DNA from: Octopus vulgaris
Taxonomy: Eukaryota
NCBI GenBank assembly: GCA_951406725.2
Contig: OX597814.1
Coordinates: 77,934,001-77,998,000 of the forward strand
Direction: 5' to 3'
DNA: 64,000 nt
Shown: positions 25,788-40,747 of the stretch, in pieces
Numbering within the stretch: position 1 is the stretch's first letter
Layout of the letters: every line of letters starts with the position of its first letter
Program-made: the position numbers and the translations under genes
The notes under the pieces: model-generated
The model's database searches: none
What the model was told of the DNA's origin: nothing
What the model saw: the letters and a program-made list of their open reading frames with translations, nothing else

Positions 25788-26739
25788 CACACACAGATAT
25801 ATATAGAGAGAGAGGGTTAGCAAACAACACCTTCAAAATCCGATGTACATAGTACATACAATCCTTCAAATTCAAAGATAGAATCATCTCCACATTAGTG
25901 TTTCAATATATCTGAAAGCTTAAAGACAAGAACCATCAATGAACCAATGAAATGGAGCGCTGTGGAAAAAAGTTAAGTTAAACAGGAACAACTCATGTAT
26001 AGCAAAGAAATAGAATGTGTAACATTAGGCAACGTTTTAAACGGAAATTATGAAACATTTACAACATGCCCACGCTGAAAACCATTTTGTGTTACTTCAT
26101 ATATGAGCATTTTTCTGTTGGATCCATTTGAAGTACTCTCAGATCTCTGATGAAACCTAGTAGGTTACAAAATTTATTATTACATAAGCTAAGTTACCGC
26201 CCGGTAACTACACATTTATATACCAAGCGTAATTTACACCAGTAACACATGATTCTGTGTGATCAACGGAGATAATGTATAACCCAAAGTGTATGGGTCA
26301 CCATTTATATTTAACGTCACTCGAAGGAGTGAATGGTGCCGGAAACATTAAATAAGGACAGAGTGAATAGTCAGCTTTGTATAAATAAATAAATAAATAA
26401 ATTTTACTGCATGAACTGAATTCTCTTATTTACGTTTAGGAAAAATTAAAAGAATTTTGTGCGCGCGCGCGTATACGATTGTGTGTGCATATATATATAG
26501 TATGTATGTTTGTGGGTTTGCGCGCGAATCGAAGCCATACACTCGAGCATGCTTTTTCATAGCCATAGCCCATGACCATATCCTCCACTAGCTCAGCTGC
26601 AACAACAGTATGGCAGCATACAAATAATAAATACTTTTTTACATTAACTAGAGAAAATTACAGGATTTTACGCAGAGTGTACTATTTTACACAGACTGCC
26701 TGAAAGTTCACTCGCTTCCTAATTTCCAGACATTCCATT

Positions 26740-27600
26740 TGGTGTCTTTCTAAGAGGGTCTCTACGAAAGTTTCAGAATCATTCCAATTGCTATTTCTTA
26801 ACTAAGAGAACTCAGTACCAAAATTCCAGTAGAAAGGCCTCTACATTATGTTGATCGTTTGGTTAGCCATCAAACCCTGCACCCAATTAAAGTCCCCTTC
26901 TCTAGTCTTCTTTTCTTACCTTCACGTAAGCATATTTGCTAAGTGCAACCTCATCTCTCATTCTAGCCTAACAAGAAACAGACAAAATCATTCCCATTAC
27001 CTTCAATCACTTCACTCAAGTGTTAACTCTGATCCTTACGAACTCTTCAATATTTCTCACTGTACAGGAATCTATCACAGTGTTTGGAAACACTCTACTG
27101 TGTGTACTATCCCCAGATACTGACATATTTTTACTAATTTCCTCAATCGCGAGGGAAATGAAAACATAAATTAGCAACGGTTGCCCCGGTGACCACCATT
27201 ATAATTTCCAGATCTTTTATACATCATTCATACTTGAGAATGAGATAGAAAAGTAGTGTTGTTCCACTTAATAGAAGGAATAATTTATCCATATTTCATT
27301 CGCCAAATCTTTCAGATGCTATCTTTCATCTGTCTCTGCCTCTTCTAAGTAACTGTAGATAACTCTACTCACCCGAAGCTATGCTGTCTCTCACTTTCCA
27401 AGTCCCTCACAGAAACACTTTGCCCTACGCTTCTGCAACAACTCTATGGAAATCTTTACTTCTATGCCTTTTTTACAGACATCGACAAAAAGATGTTCAA
27501 AGCTCGACACTAACCACTTCCATCTTATCAATATAGTGAACCTGCAAAGGTTACGGACACTACCTTTCTTTATTTTTACCAACCCATCAAAAATCCTGAC
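26740..27600 (+). pseudogene. Possible very old PLE RT relic
   Basis: Faint, frameshifted echoes of CPGRPIIS (NGCPG, ~27180) and FDxNHxHQxxGV (LDTNHFHLINIV, ~27510) in the expected order. Confidence 0.25.
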
Positions 27601-27717
27601 AGGCACGCGTAGTGATCCAATAAATATAATTTATTTATGCATGCCTTCGTGTAAGCGCATGTCGACGCGCCTCTGTGTATGTATGTATGTATGTGTATGC
27701 ATGTGCGCGTCTCCCCC

Positions 27718-27756
<39 letters not shown>

Positions 27757-27932
27757 ATAAATATTAGGGAATAAATCCAAATTTACAGGGAAAAAAATCA
27801 GATTTAGGATTAAATCCAATTTTATAGTAAAATATTATATAATATTAATTAGAGACAAAACCACTATTTTGCAAAACAAACAAGGAAAGACTTAATCAAT
27901 GCATAAAATTTTAATAAAAAGTAAAAAAACCG

Positions 27933-27975
27933 CCACTACAATTGTTTCATGTCTTCAATGACAATCTTCAGGTGG
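27933..27975 (-). ncRNA. Minimal type I hammerhead ribozyme
   Basis: Reverse complement of 30619-30661. Confidence 0.82.
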
Positions 27976-30618
27976 ATTTCCGATCTAAAATATCAATATA
28001 TTAAAATATAAGTTTAAAATAATTTTAAAATAATAAAAAAATATAAATATATAATCTTATATAACCTATATATAGTCCATATATAATCAATATATAATCT
28101 AAAATAAACCCTATCAACAATTAAATATAAAACAAAAAGATAAATAAACTATATATACACACATACGCATACACTTATAACTAAGTATATATAACCATAT
28201 CTAAATACATACACTAACTCACACACCTATATGGGTGTGTATGTATGTGTGTGTGTGTACAAGTGCAAGTGTAGATGCGGGAGTGTATGAGTGCTATGTA
28301 ATTGAGTGGGATTATTTATGCACTTGTATACATGAATGTTTTGAATGTGCGTGTGTTTGCACCGTCTGCGTGTACACACTCATATATAAATATATATATA
28401 TATTAATATTTATTTACTTTTTTGAAAGACTGCTTTTTATATATATGTGTATGTGATGATATGTGTGAATGTATATATATATATATATTTTATATATATA
28501 TATATTTATGTTTCTATATGTATTTATTTAATAATTTATTGAGTGTGGGAATGAATATATTGGTGTATATATCGAGGTTTGTACGTATGTATATGTTTGT
28601 GAGAGTGTGTATATGGTTATGTTTGTGGGTGTGTGTATATATGTGTGTGTATTTGTGTGTGTTGTGTTTTTGGTAAGGGGTTTTATCTTTTATTTGTATG
28701 TATGGATTTCATTTATTTTATTTGGAATTTTTTGGTTTTTAGTCCCCATGCATTATAGTTTGGTTTGTTGTTCATAGTAGTTTTTTATTGGGTATTGTTT
28801 TGTAGCCATTTATACGTATTTTGGATGTCTAGGAGAGTGTCCGTGAATATGCATGTTGATGGGTGTGTGTGCATGTGTGCGCGTGTATAAGTGCATGTGT
28901 AGATGTGGGAGTGCATGGTGCTATGTAAAAGTGTGTGCTTGTGTATGCACTCGTATACATGCATGATTGATGTGCGTGAGATTGCACCCATCTTTTAAGG
29001 ATGTATATGTTTATTTATCTGTATGGGTGTGGGAGTGAATTTTGGTGTATATATTGAGGTTTATACGTATGTATAGGTATGTGTGAGTGGGGTGGGTATT
29101 TGTATATGTTGTGGGTGTGTGGTTTACGTGTGTGTATTTGTGTGTGAATGTATAGGTTAGGGGGATTGCTATATAGGTATGTTATAGTGTTTAGTAAAGG
29201 GAGGTTTTATCATTATATGTATTTATGAGTTTTCATTTATCATGGTAGTTTTATTAAAGAATTTGTAGTAATTTCTGTATATTTAAGATGTTTGATATTT
29301 TATTACATTATTCCATTCATAATTTTTAAGTAATGTTCGTTTACCACGCGCAAGGAATTTTTAATTCCATATATTCCATTCATAATTTTAAATGACGTTC
29401 GTTTACATAGCGCGAAGACTTTTTATACATATGTTAGGTTCCTATGGTAACGTACTTTTGTTTGACGTTATAACGGCTAGAGTTTAATTTCACTTCATAA
29501 ATTGAAACTGATTTGAAAGTATGTATATATTTTTTTCTCCTTATGTTAATCTTGTTACTTATGATATTCTGGTTAATTATGGAGTATTTTCTATATCGTA
29601 TTATGTGTAGTAATGTTGTTTTTCTTTTGAGTGTTTATGTATGTGTGAATGTATGTGTGTGTGCGTATTTTGGTTGTGTAATTTATGTATCTGTATGAGT
29701 GTGGGTGTGAACATATTGTTGTATATCGAGTTTAGTACGTATGTATATGTATATGTGAGGGGGTATACGTATATGTTGTGTGTGTGTGTTTTACGTATGT
29801 GTATTTGTGTGTGAATGTATATGATTGATTGATTCTAGTTTCAGCTTATGAGCTGTGGCCATGCTGGGGCACCGCCATTTGGAGATTGCTATATAGGTAT
29901 TATTGTGTATGGTTAAAGGGAGTTTTATCATTATATGTATATATGGGTTTCATTTATCATGTTGGTTTATTAATGATTTGGAGTAAATTCTGTATATTTA
30001 CGTTGATTATATATTATTCCATTCATAATTTTTAAAAATACGTTCGATCACCACGTGTAAAGAATTGTTTATTTTTCTTTTGAGTGTTTATGTATGTGTG
30101 AATGTGTGTGTGTGTGTGTGTGTATGTGATTGTTTGCGTAATTTATTTATCTGTATAGATGTGGGTGTGAATATATTGGTGTATATATCGAGTTCTGTAT
30201 GTATGTATATGTATGTGTGAGCGGGTATATGTATATTGTTTATGTATGTGGGTTGTATGTGTGTGTGAGGGAGTATGAATAAGTAATGTGTTGAAGTATT
30301 TGGCTATTTTATTTATTTATCGTTGCCTAGACGTTTTTATGTGTATGTATAGGGATATATATATAGGTGTGTGAGTTAGTGTATGTATTTAGATATGGTT
30401 ATATGTACTTAGTTATAAGTGTATGCGTATGTGTGTATATATAGTTTATTTATCTTTTTGTTTTATATTTAATTGTTGATAGGGTTTATTTTAGATTATA
30501 TATTGATTATATATGGACTATATATAGGTTATATAAGATTATATATTTATATTTTTTTTATTATTTTAAAATTATTTTAAACTTATATTTTAATATATTG
30601 ATATTTTAGATCGGAAAT

Positions 30619-30661
30619 CCACCTGAAGATTGTCATTGAAGACATGAAACAATTGTAGTGG
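30619..30661 (+). ncRNA. Minimal type I hammerhead ribozyme
   Basis: CCAC-CTGAAGA-T-TGTC(attgaa)GACA-T-GAAA-C(aatt)G-TA|GTGG; the stem III region ACAATTGT is a perfect palindrome. Confidence 0.85.
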
Positions 30662-30745
30662 CGGTTTTTTTACTTTTTATTAAAATTTTATGCATTGATT
30701 AAGTCTTTCCTTGTTTGTTTTGCAAAATAGTGGTTTTGTCTCTAA

Positions 30746-30797
<52 letters not shown>

Positions 30798-31380
30798 GTG
30801 TGTGTGTGCGTGCGTGCATGCGCGCGTGTGTGTGTCTGTGTGTGTGTGAGTGTGTGTGTGTGTATATATGTGTGTATGTATGTGTGTGTGTATATATGTA
30901 TGTGTGTGTGTGTATGGCTGTTTTTATAAGATGAAATAAAATTAGTATATTTTCTTCTGATTTGTGACATTATTATGCCTTTCTACTGATAGGATCAACA
31001 AATAGAACTGTTAATCAAAGCCAAGATGAAATGTAACGAATTAATGCAGAAACATGAGTATCCAACTTCGGGTAGGATATATTTCACATTTGTATAAATT
31101 TGATGTCTGTATTTTACTGTTTTCTGTTCGGTTGTTAAGGCACGGGACACAATGCCTTGCCGTATTAAGTTTCGTGTCAGCAACGAGTTTAAATCACACC
31201 AGTATTGAGTTTGTCTTTCATGTTTTTGTTTTTTTTTCTGAATCAAGTAAAAACATTAAAATCAATCAAGTCAGCTATAACCTTTCCCTTTGTAGGGGTA
31301 TTCCTAACACAGAATACAAAACCATAAGTTTGTTGTAGATATTTAAAGTGTAGTGAATTCAAATGAACTCAGTACACACG

Positions 31381-31443
<63 letters not shown>

Positions 31444-31448
31444 GACTT

Positions 31449-31868
31449 GGTTTTTCAAATTCTGGCACACAGGGTCAGCTGTTTTTAATGGGAGTAGGCT
31501 AATCGATTACATCGACCCCAGTACTTGACTGATACGTATGTTATCGATCCCTAAAGAATGAAAGACAAAGTTAGCTTCGACAGAATTTGAACTCTGACCA
31601 TAAAGACGGATGAAATACCACTAAACATTTTGTCTGGCATGCTTAATGGTTCTGCCATTTCACTGCCTTAAAAGACATATTTACATAGTCCTTTCTACTA
31701 AAGGCACAAGCCCTGTATTTTGTAGGAGGGGGCTAGTCGATTACATTGACTCCAGTACTCGAAAGGATGAACGGCAAAGCCGGCGTCGATGGAATTTGAA
31801 CTCAAAACGTAAAGACAGACGAAATGCCGCTAAGAATTTTCTCCGGTGTGTTTAACGGTTCAACCACC
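31449..31868 (-). mobile_element. Two tandem SINE family B copies
   Basis: tcgattacatcgacccc..gaatttgaactc.. occurs twice. Confidence 0.78.
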
Positions 31869-32571
31869 CCACAAATACCTTTGTATAATAAAATATATTT
31901 ATTGAGGGACGAAAGCAAAATCGACTTCAGTAAAGTCCGAACATACAATACAGTGTAAGACATGTAATCTGATACTTGTTTATTTCTACCAAATTCGATG
32001 TTTCATTACGAGAACCGTTATTTATCGAACATAGTAAATAAGTCAAAACTTATATCAATACTTGCTAAAAAGTAATTTTATACAAGAAGGAAGTCCACTG
32101 TAAAATACTAGAGGGGAGACGAAACAAAATAGGGAAAAGTAATTACTTCGGCATAGTTTCTGTCATTTTTGTGGCTTCTCATTTGTAAATATTGATTTTG
32201 CGCCAGTCAAAATATGTCCAAGTAGTAAAGCAAAATATTTAAACAAGAATGATTTCCTGAAGCCCTAATAATGAATTTATGAGGATACGTAAATTTATAA
32301 ACTATAGGAGTCAACTATTAGATTTGCACTAATTATTCATATCGTGATGTATTCGTTGTCTTCGACAGGGGTAGCCCATGATAAATGTTGAGCATTCAGT
32401 ACTGACCAATCTTCTCTTGCCATTTATCCTTATCCATGGATAGAGACCAATGATGAAAGAAAGGATACATTGGAGTATCGCTCATGCTGCTGTGTCCGCA
32501 TCCACAATGTATTTGGACACAACTGTATTATGTTGTTCTATTTCTGCTGTTTACGGATGCTAGCTGTACAA

Positions 32572-32775
32572 TAAATCCTTCAACATTTAAACCGGCCATA
32601 TCTAGCCCAACAATCATTTGCAGTCTTTCCCACTGACCCTACAATGTTCCTTTCAAAATAAACAATTACATTAATGAAATTTCAAAGCTATGAGATAATG
32701 CATGATTAAATAAAAGTAAAATGCGAATAAATAAGCATTACATTTGGCAGAATAATATAAATGCTAAGGGGTTAA
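32572..32775. mobile_element. piggyBac-like MITE, degenerate
   Basis: Right end aatgctaaggggTTAA; left end taaatccttcaacattt is a decayed inverted match. Confidence 0.45.
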
Positions 32776-32889
32776 TGAACCATTTTACTCCTTAATAGAT
32801 AGAGCTATTCATTATGATTAAAGTCTCTGATAAAAACATAATTGTTGTTAACATACAGCTTCTCTGTAATTCAATGTATGTGATTGTTT

Positions 32890-33191
32890 CAGTGGTTAGA
32901 GCGCCGGGTTCACTGTCGTGAGGAAGTGAGTTCGATTCCCGGACCGGGCTGTGTATTGTGTTCTTGAGCAAGATACTTTATTTCACGTTACTCCAGTTCA
33001 CTCAACTGTAGAAATGAGTTGCGGCATTACTGGTGCCAAGCTGTATCGGCCTTTGCCTTTCTCTTGAATAACGTCGGCTGCGTAGAGAGTATGCATGGGC
33101 AACTGCTGGTCTTCCATGAACGACCTTGCCAGGACTTGTGCTTCGGAGGGTAACGTTCTAGGTGCAATCTCATGGTCAGTCATGACCGAAA

Positions 33192-33195
<4 letters not shown>
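32890..33195 (+). mobile_element. tRNA-derived SINE, family C
   Basis: agtggttagagcg..gagttcgattccc (A/B boxes), then ttgtgttcttgagcaagatactttatttcacgtt. Ends at (GA)n. Related pieces at ~21930-22080(-), 40010-40270(+) and 52690-52850(+). Confidence 0.8.
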
Positions 33196-33261
<66 letters not shown>

Positions 33262-33729
33262 TTGTTTTTTAATCAACAGAACAGGTCTCCATCAGCATAC
33301 CTTGTCAATTCCATAGCATTTCTGCCGTGGGGACATCTAAATTGCTATTTTTTTCCTTTTTGTTACCAATCATTTCCATTCATTCTCGGTCTTGGGCTTC
33401 TTTATTAAGCTCGGCGGCTCCGATAGGTGTAGTATAAAATTTAATTTTACTATAACTTCCATTGAAGTCTTTTTAAGAACGAAATGATCCAGGTGATGCT
33501 CGTCTTTGCCCCTGGATATGGGTGACAGTGACTCTTTCAGGATCTCATGTACCTTTGACTGGTTTTACTTTTTAAAATCCTAATGAATGCCTATACATAC
33601 TCATTATTGAGCAATCTCTGTAGGAGGCAAAATGTTTTCGTTTATGAACAGAAATTTATACTTGCGCATTAGGAGAACATTTTATTTCGCAGTTATTCTC
33701 AGTTTGTTTTGATTGTTGTAGTTGCAGTT

Positions 33730-33935
33730 TAGATCCAGATCAGCGCTGATTGAATAGATCTATGATGAAAGGTGTTTTGAACTGTAAACATTTCGTCTTT
33801 TACCAGACAATATATACCTGAGACTGTTTTTATCTAACATGTCCTTTTCTTTTAAGATAGTATGGTGTAATTTGAAGGAAATTTGGCTGCTACTTCTAGT
33901 AGGATGTGTGACCACGTAGAAGATCCCTATTGGCT
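33730..33935 (+). repeat. Old ~200-bp dispersed repeat (further copies at ~36680-36865, ~52370-52575, ~53540-53680; inverted at ~36380-36500)
   Basis: Shared motifs ctatgat.aaagg, attatctaatgt, taagatggtaaggtgtgatttgagg, tttggctgcta.ttctag, gaccac.taga. Confidence 0.6.
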
Positions 33936-34179
33936 TGAGTTCTTAGTAGTTCAGAAAAGAAGGCTAAAAATTGACATGCACTATAGGATAAAGGTGGAGT
34001 TGCTTTGATAAAAGGTTACTGTATTACGAGTTGGGAATATCATCTTCATATCAACAGCTGTTAGAAAATATGAAAGCTTTATTTGTAATGCCATAAAAAT
34101 CATTACAGAGTAAAAGTAAATATCTCTTGAGGATATTTGCTTTTATTAAAACAACCATCTTGGATTTGCAGAGATAGAT

Positions 34180-34500
34180 GAATCTGAGACGATTAATATC
34201 GCTCTTAAACAGTTGTAAGTTTACAGGGCTGGGAGAAATTCTGAGGAAGAAGAACTGTGTGTAGTAGTTAGGGGGAGGATATGTCACCCATTCTGTATCT
34301 CCTGGAATGGACACGGTATGGGCGACGAGGCGAGTAGAGACGACTGAGCAAGGAGTACTTGAGCAGAAATAATACGAGGCTAGCCAGTTCTGAGGAGCAG
34401 AGGCAAGTTTGGTAGCAGCGCTTTTGTGTACCAGAAGTTGAACTGTGCTAGTGACCGAATTTATGCATAATTGTCGAGTGGTTTTCCTTTAGATGCCGTC
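34180..34500 (-). mobile_element. Degenerate LINE 3' fragment (L2/Crack-like)
   Basis: YQTCLCSSELASLV ... YYTQFFFLRI ... NLQLFKSDINRL. Confidence 0.5.
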
Positions 34501-36508
34501 TAGTATGTCTGTATGTATAGTAAATTGACAGAAGAATACATATCTTTCTAAGTTTCATGTTTAAACACAGTTATTGTTTACAAGAAGAAATCGAGGGAAA
34601 GGAGAGATATTGTGTAAATGAGGAAACATAAAAAAAAAAGACGATAGAAAGTGAGTGGCATATGTTACTGCCACATTTTATTCTCTTTCGTATGTCTTCT
34701 CTCTATATATCTGTTTAATTTATAAATGTAAAAATGTGTTTTTAAAGTGATATTCTCAGTCTTCTTACCAACGTCACTAAGAGATTTACACATTTTAAAA
34801 ATTTTCTTTTAGTATTTCTCGTCTATCATTCAGCTTATCTGGTATTCGGAACTTTATTGTTTTAGTGAAGCAGGCATATGGTAGAATCATTAGATGGTTG
34901 GGTAGAAAGCCTGTCTAGAACAGTATTGCTGTTGGTTCTCTGTGTCCTGAGTTCAAATTTCGCTAATATTACCTTTGCCAAATATCTTTTGGAATTAATG
35001 AAGTGCCAAAACAATGATCTATACTATCTCCCCTTCTCTCTCCCATTCTCTCTCCATTTTCTCACTCTCTTTGTGCTTGTAATTAAACCTTGTCACATTG
35101 TGTTACACTGATACGGCCCGAGAATTAAGGGTATGCAGTATTATACATTAATGTAACGTATACTAAATTCTCATCGTCAATACCTATAGAAAATTCTCAG
35201 CTTCTCTTTAAGTGAATCACAAATTAAATAAAGTTTATATATGAAAGTATCTTGTTTAATTAGTCTTCTGTGAATTGACAGATTGCAGTCACTTAATTGT
35301 AACTTATGACACTGATGTGATGTTTTCAACCCCGTGGTGGCCCTATCCAGTAGGTCGAAGGCAGTCCAGTCACGACCATCCTGACTGTTTTCAAACATGG
35401 TGTATACTATTTCAGGCAAAGTGTGCATTATTTAATGTGTCATTTGCTTTTAAAACGGTAGAGTGTGGTTTCAGAGATTTTGCAGTTATTCCAACAAGTT
35501 GCTCAATCGATTATGCGAGGCCCCCTCAGGCTCTCACTTAAGATCAATAATGATATTTTTTAAAAAGGAATAAAATCTTTTTTTATTATGATATGAAGGA
35601 GTACAGCGGGCTGATATATATATCGACTATATTGGCAATTATGACATTACTATACGTTACGAATTTGAATTGTATAAAGCAACCACATCGGCTCCATTTT
35701 GTCTTTGTAAAAAGCAGGGGTTCTTTTTATGTTGGAAAGTTACAATGAAATTAATTACCGCCTGATGAGGCTGCCTTTCAAAAGAAAATATTTATACTGC
35801 CAAACCTTTTATTTCATTAAATATAATTAGTTACAAAAGCTTTAACAAAATGTAAAACAGTAGGTTTGGAATGAACACAGTTCTTTGAATCTCTGTTTTA
35901 GACGCAATTCTAATTACTTTAAGCAAATAATTACAAACCTATATAAAGCAATATAATAATACGTTTCTAAGATTCACAATTGGTGAAAAAGAGGCTTTAA
36001 ATGAAATTTAATCAACAGAAGTACATTTCAGCAAAATGATTTCCTCTCTCGAATATTGTGTTTCTTTTAGAAAACTGCATTTAGCTGTTTAGAAAGTCAC
36101 TATTGTCTCAATTTGGTCTTGATCATCCATTCTAAGGACTACACAATCATAGAGTCTTCTTTTAAGTACAAGGTCAGTTTCTGTAGGAAAGCTACGTAAT
36201 ATCCAACCATTATCGGAGTCATTTCCCTCCTTCACTTGACACCTCATCCCTCATACACCGAACTCTACGTTAATATTCACACTATAAATAATGTTAACAA
36301 AAACAATTTCAGAGAACAATAAACTCCAAGCTCCTTTAGAAATAGATGTCCTCATACCGCTCCCATCAAGTTAACGGAGAAACCTGATCATGATTGCTTG
36401 ATCTGCTAGTAATAGCAATCAAATTTCCTCAAATCAAACCTATAACGTCATAAAAAAAAAGACACGTTGAATGATATAGACTTTGGTCTGTTTGATAAAT
36501 TAGAGCTG

Positions 36509-36539
<31 letters not shown>

Positions 36540-39085
36540 ACAAACTTAACAACAACAGCTGTAGTAGCGATAGCAGCACTTCTAAACTAGATGAATTGTA
36601 GCCATTTTGACTGCGACAACAGTAATTAAATATATTTCAGGATATTTTTGTTTGGGTTATGTTGCTGTTGCTGTTAAGTCCTAGGTTAATACTGATAGAA
36701 CAAATCTGTGATAAAAGGCATCCTAATCATGACCATCCTGTTTTTTAGGGGTATGTGAAACTATATTATCTAATGTAATGTTTTCTTTTTCCAGACAATA
36801 AGGTGTCATTAGAAGAGATTCTACTGATATTTCTACAAGGTCTATCGACCACATGGATGCTCTCTCACGCTCGTATTAGTATAATGTTCACCTTGGTGAC
36901 AGGAAAGACAAAGCGATAAAGGAATCGGTTAAGACACGAACAACTTGCACACCACACACTTTCATATATCTTACAAGGATTAAAGGAAAAATGTGTGACG
37001 TTCACACCTTTTTTAAAAGGTTTAATTAGCAACAGGTATATGGAGTGGGACCAGAAGCATACACCATTGTACTCACACATTAGCCAGAGTTACTTCGTCA
37101 TTAATATTAACATCAATCAGATAAGTGGAACAGTTAGAAAACATTTTAACACGTAGTCCTACTTCTGAATATTGGATGCTATTTTGTTATTTCCATTGCT
37201 ATTATAGTATTCGGCAGTATAGATTGATAACGAGTTTGATTACTTAACAATCTTACAGATAAACAGCTATTTTTCAACGTATCTCTTCTTTAGCATTCTA
37301 TTTCATGATGTTCGAATCGAAAATCATTATAGTGCTTAGCTTTCTTCAGGCAAAATTGTTAACGGAAACGTGTGATTTACATTTAATTTCTCTTAGTGTA
37401 TGGTGGCATGAAGTAACCTTAAAGACGGGAAATATAGGTCCTAACGAAATGCCACGATGCCTTTATCTCTTTATTATTTATTTATTTTGATATGAAAGGA
37501 GATAACATGAAGTAAAATGTTAAGCATGCGAGCACATATTTCTGTTTGCGTGTGAGCGTATTTGTGTATGTGTGCGTGCGTGTGTTTGTATGTGTTTGTG
37601 TGTGCGTGCGTGTGCATGTGTGTATTGTCTGCGTATATATATACGTACATACACATATGCATAACAAATATACGCACATAAACACTCACATATATCAGGT
37701 TTTGCTACTAACACATTCTCTACAATAATACATTGAGATTTTAACCTGTTACACTGTTTCTGAGAATTTTTTAAACACCGTATGGGGAACCTGATGATAA
37801 AGATGTCACAGACCGACCTCTCTGTGAATAATTTATTTTTATGATGCTCAACTCCTCGTCAACTCTGACCAAGCGGCTCTATCAGCTGGGATTATGCATG
37901 TATCTGAACAACCCAAATGAAAACGCTCTGGTTTAAGAGGCTCTATGAGCTCGTGGGGGGGGGGGGAGGCGTTATTAGTCCGAATAAAGATACTCTATCA
38001 GTCCATATCAAGGATTTTCATTCAGCCCGGATAAAGAAGCCTTATTAGCTTCTTTAGATTAGATTATTAGATTAAGGGGCTTTTCCTGCCTAGATGAACT
38101 GGTTCTATAAAACATGATCGAGATCATATCAACCCTGATCAAGAAGCTCTATCAACTCTGATGAAAAGGATTCTCTTTAGCAAGTTTTGAGCTCAGCACT
38201 GAAATTCAATGAGACACTCGTTAATTTTATCTAGATACTGCCTGTCACAGCCGAATGGTGAAGCTTCTACATCAGAGGCATGTAATCTGTTGCTCACGAG
38301 TGAAATTCACTCGCATTTCAATATGAAACCACGTTTAAGTTCTTTTAAATCCCTGTATGACAAAAGAAAGTTTAAACATTAAGATCAGCACACTAACTTT
38401 ATATTACATACTTATCAATATGTAAAATGAAAGATTAATTATTCTTTTAAGTACAGATGTGTTTCCCCACAGTTGAAAATAGTTCTTAATACTTAAAGTG
38501 GTTCTCCATCTTTGCTCAACATGGCCTCCTTGAAATGGCAGCCAAACCTCATTCAAGCCACTATTTACACACTGGATAATGTAGTCCCGCATATAATGTA
38601 ACCCTCCTCTACACACCCTAACAAGAAAAAATACGTTTCACGAGTTAAGCTTTTCATCATAGATCTACGTGAACAGAATTGACTTGAAACAAACGACAGC
38701 AATCTACTTTGTTACATGTAGATCATATATGTATGTATGTATGTATGTACACTGTATGTATTATGTATGTATGTATGTATGTATGTACACTGTATGTATG
38801 TATTATGTATGTATGTATGTATGTATGTATGTATGTATTATGTACGTGTTTGTGTGAAGTGATATGGGTGAGTGCGTTAGATACAGGACTACTTCTCCGT
38901 GGACCATCAGTTCCAATCCACTGCCAAAGCGTTTTGTTGAACTTCTCAATGAGGAGACTTTACTCTAGATTACCCCAGGATACGTTAAGTATCGCGAATG
39001 CGTATGATTTCACATTATTTGGGAAACCTAAAACAAATTCTCATTATTTCCTTTCAGGAGATAGGAAACCAACACACACAAACAT

Positions 39086-39162
<77 letters not shown>

Positions 39163-39368
39163 TACACACACACCATCGCACGCGCGCGTACAAATATACA
39201 TACATATATATATATTCACACACATACATATATGTTTGTATATATGTAAATACATCTGAAAGAAAGAGTTTTGTTATTCGTTTCGAGCACCAAAGAAATG
39301 TCGCTTGAAAGGATATACAAAGACGACAAGCTCGGAGTAGTAGAAACGGACTGAATTATCAACAAATA

Positions 39369-39432
<64 letters not shown>

Positions 39433-39594
39433 AATTTTAAGATATATCTTGCAGTTGCTCTGGGATGTATCGTCAAGGATGTTTCTGGGTTTCGGTGTGT
39501 TTCGGATCTTTCAGCATTAGAGTCTCCACCGTCAAGTTGATCCAACTCGGATTGATCAAGTAATAGTTGAGCACTGGGGTCCATGCTATCATCG

Positions 39595-39947
39595 GCAGTT
39601 TAAAATTTACCGAGATCAACTTTGCCTTTCATCATTTCGGGATCATTCAAGTACTGGGGTCGATGTGATCGACTTATCCCTTTCCCACAAATTTCAGGCC
39701 TTGTGCCTATAGTAGAAAGGATTATTATTTTATTCTTTATTGCCCACACAGAGGGGACAAACAAGGACAGACAAAGGAATTGAGTCGATTACATCGACCC
39801 CAGTGTGCAACTGGTACTTATTTTATCGACCCCGAAAGGATGAAGGGCAAAGTCGACCTCGGCGGAATTTGAACTCAGAACGTAACGGCAGAAGAAATAC
39901 CGCTGAGCATCTCGCCCGGTGTGCTAACGTTTCCGCCAGCTCGCCGC

Positions 39948-40011
<64 letters not shown>

Positions 40012-40383
40012 GTGGTTAGGGTGTTGCACACACGATCTAGCGATCGTGATTTCAATCCCTTGACCGGGTGGACGTTGCGTTCTCGAGCACATTTCATTTC
40101 ACGATGCTCTGCTATCACTTCGACATCTGACGGGTGGCACATTGTGTACCTGTTCAGACAACATCATTTTGATGGAGAGAGTAAGCTAACGTGCGGCACG
40201 AACATTTGATCACTTTAAACAAATCACTTGTGCAGGTCGTTCGGCAAAATCAAAGCGATCATAGTCGTCTTCGATGGAAGAGTCTGTCGATAAAATAAGT
40301 ACCAGTTTAACACTAGGGCCGATGTAATCGACTCATCCCCTTCCCTTAAACTGTGGAAAAATTTGAAACCATTATTATTGTTA

Positions 40384-40457
<74 letters not shown>

Positions 40458-40672
40458 GAGGCAGCGAGCTGGCAGAATCGTTAACACTCCGCAAGAAATA
40501 TTTAGCGGCATTTCGTTTGCCGCTACATTTTGAGTTCAAATTCCGCCGAGGTCGACTTTGCCTTTCATCCTTTTCTGGTCGAAAAATTAAGCACCAGTCA
40601 AGTATTGGGGTCGATGTGATCAATTGTCCCCCTCCCAACAAAAATCCAGGCCTTGTGCCTATAATAGAAAGG

Positions 40673-40674
<2 letters not shown>
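39595..40674. mobile_element. SINE cluster: B partial (+) 39595-39722, B (-) 39738-39948, C-like (+) 40010-40270, B tail 40275-40375, B (+) 40458-40674, separated by (TTA)n
   Basis: Family B head ggcagcgagctggcagaatcgtta..gagttcaaattccgccgaggtcgac seen on both strands. Confidence 0.82.
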
Positions 40675-40740
<66 letters not shown>

Positions 40741-40747
40741 CATTATT

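Larger units (their letters stand above)
27755..30753. mobile_element. Non-coding fold-back element 2, same family as 8365-11155, opposite orientation
   Basis: Arms 27841-28232 and 30361-30753. The body is homologous to element 1 (e.g. 29480-29580 vs reverse complement of 10270-10370). Flanked by (TA)n on both sides. Confidence 0.85.

Noticed and set aside
35758-35800. CTGATGA...GAAA hammerhead candidate
   Set aside because: No stem II, stem III or stem I pairing.
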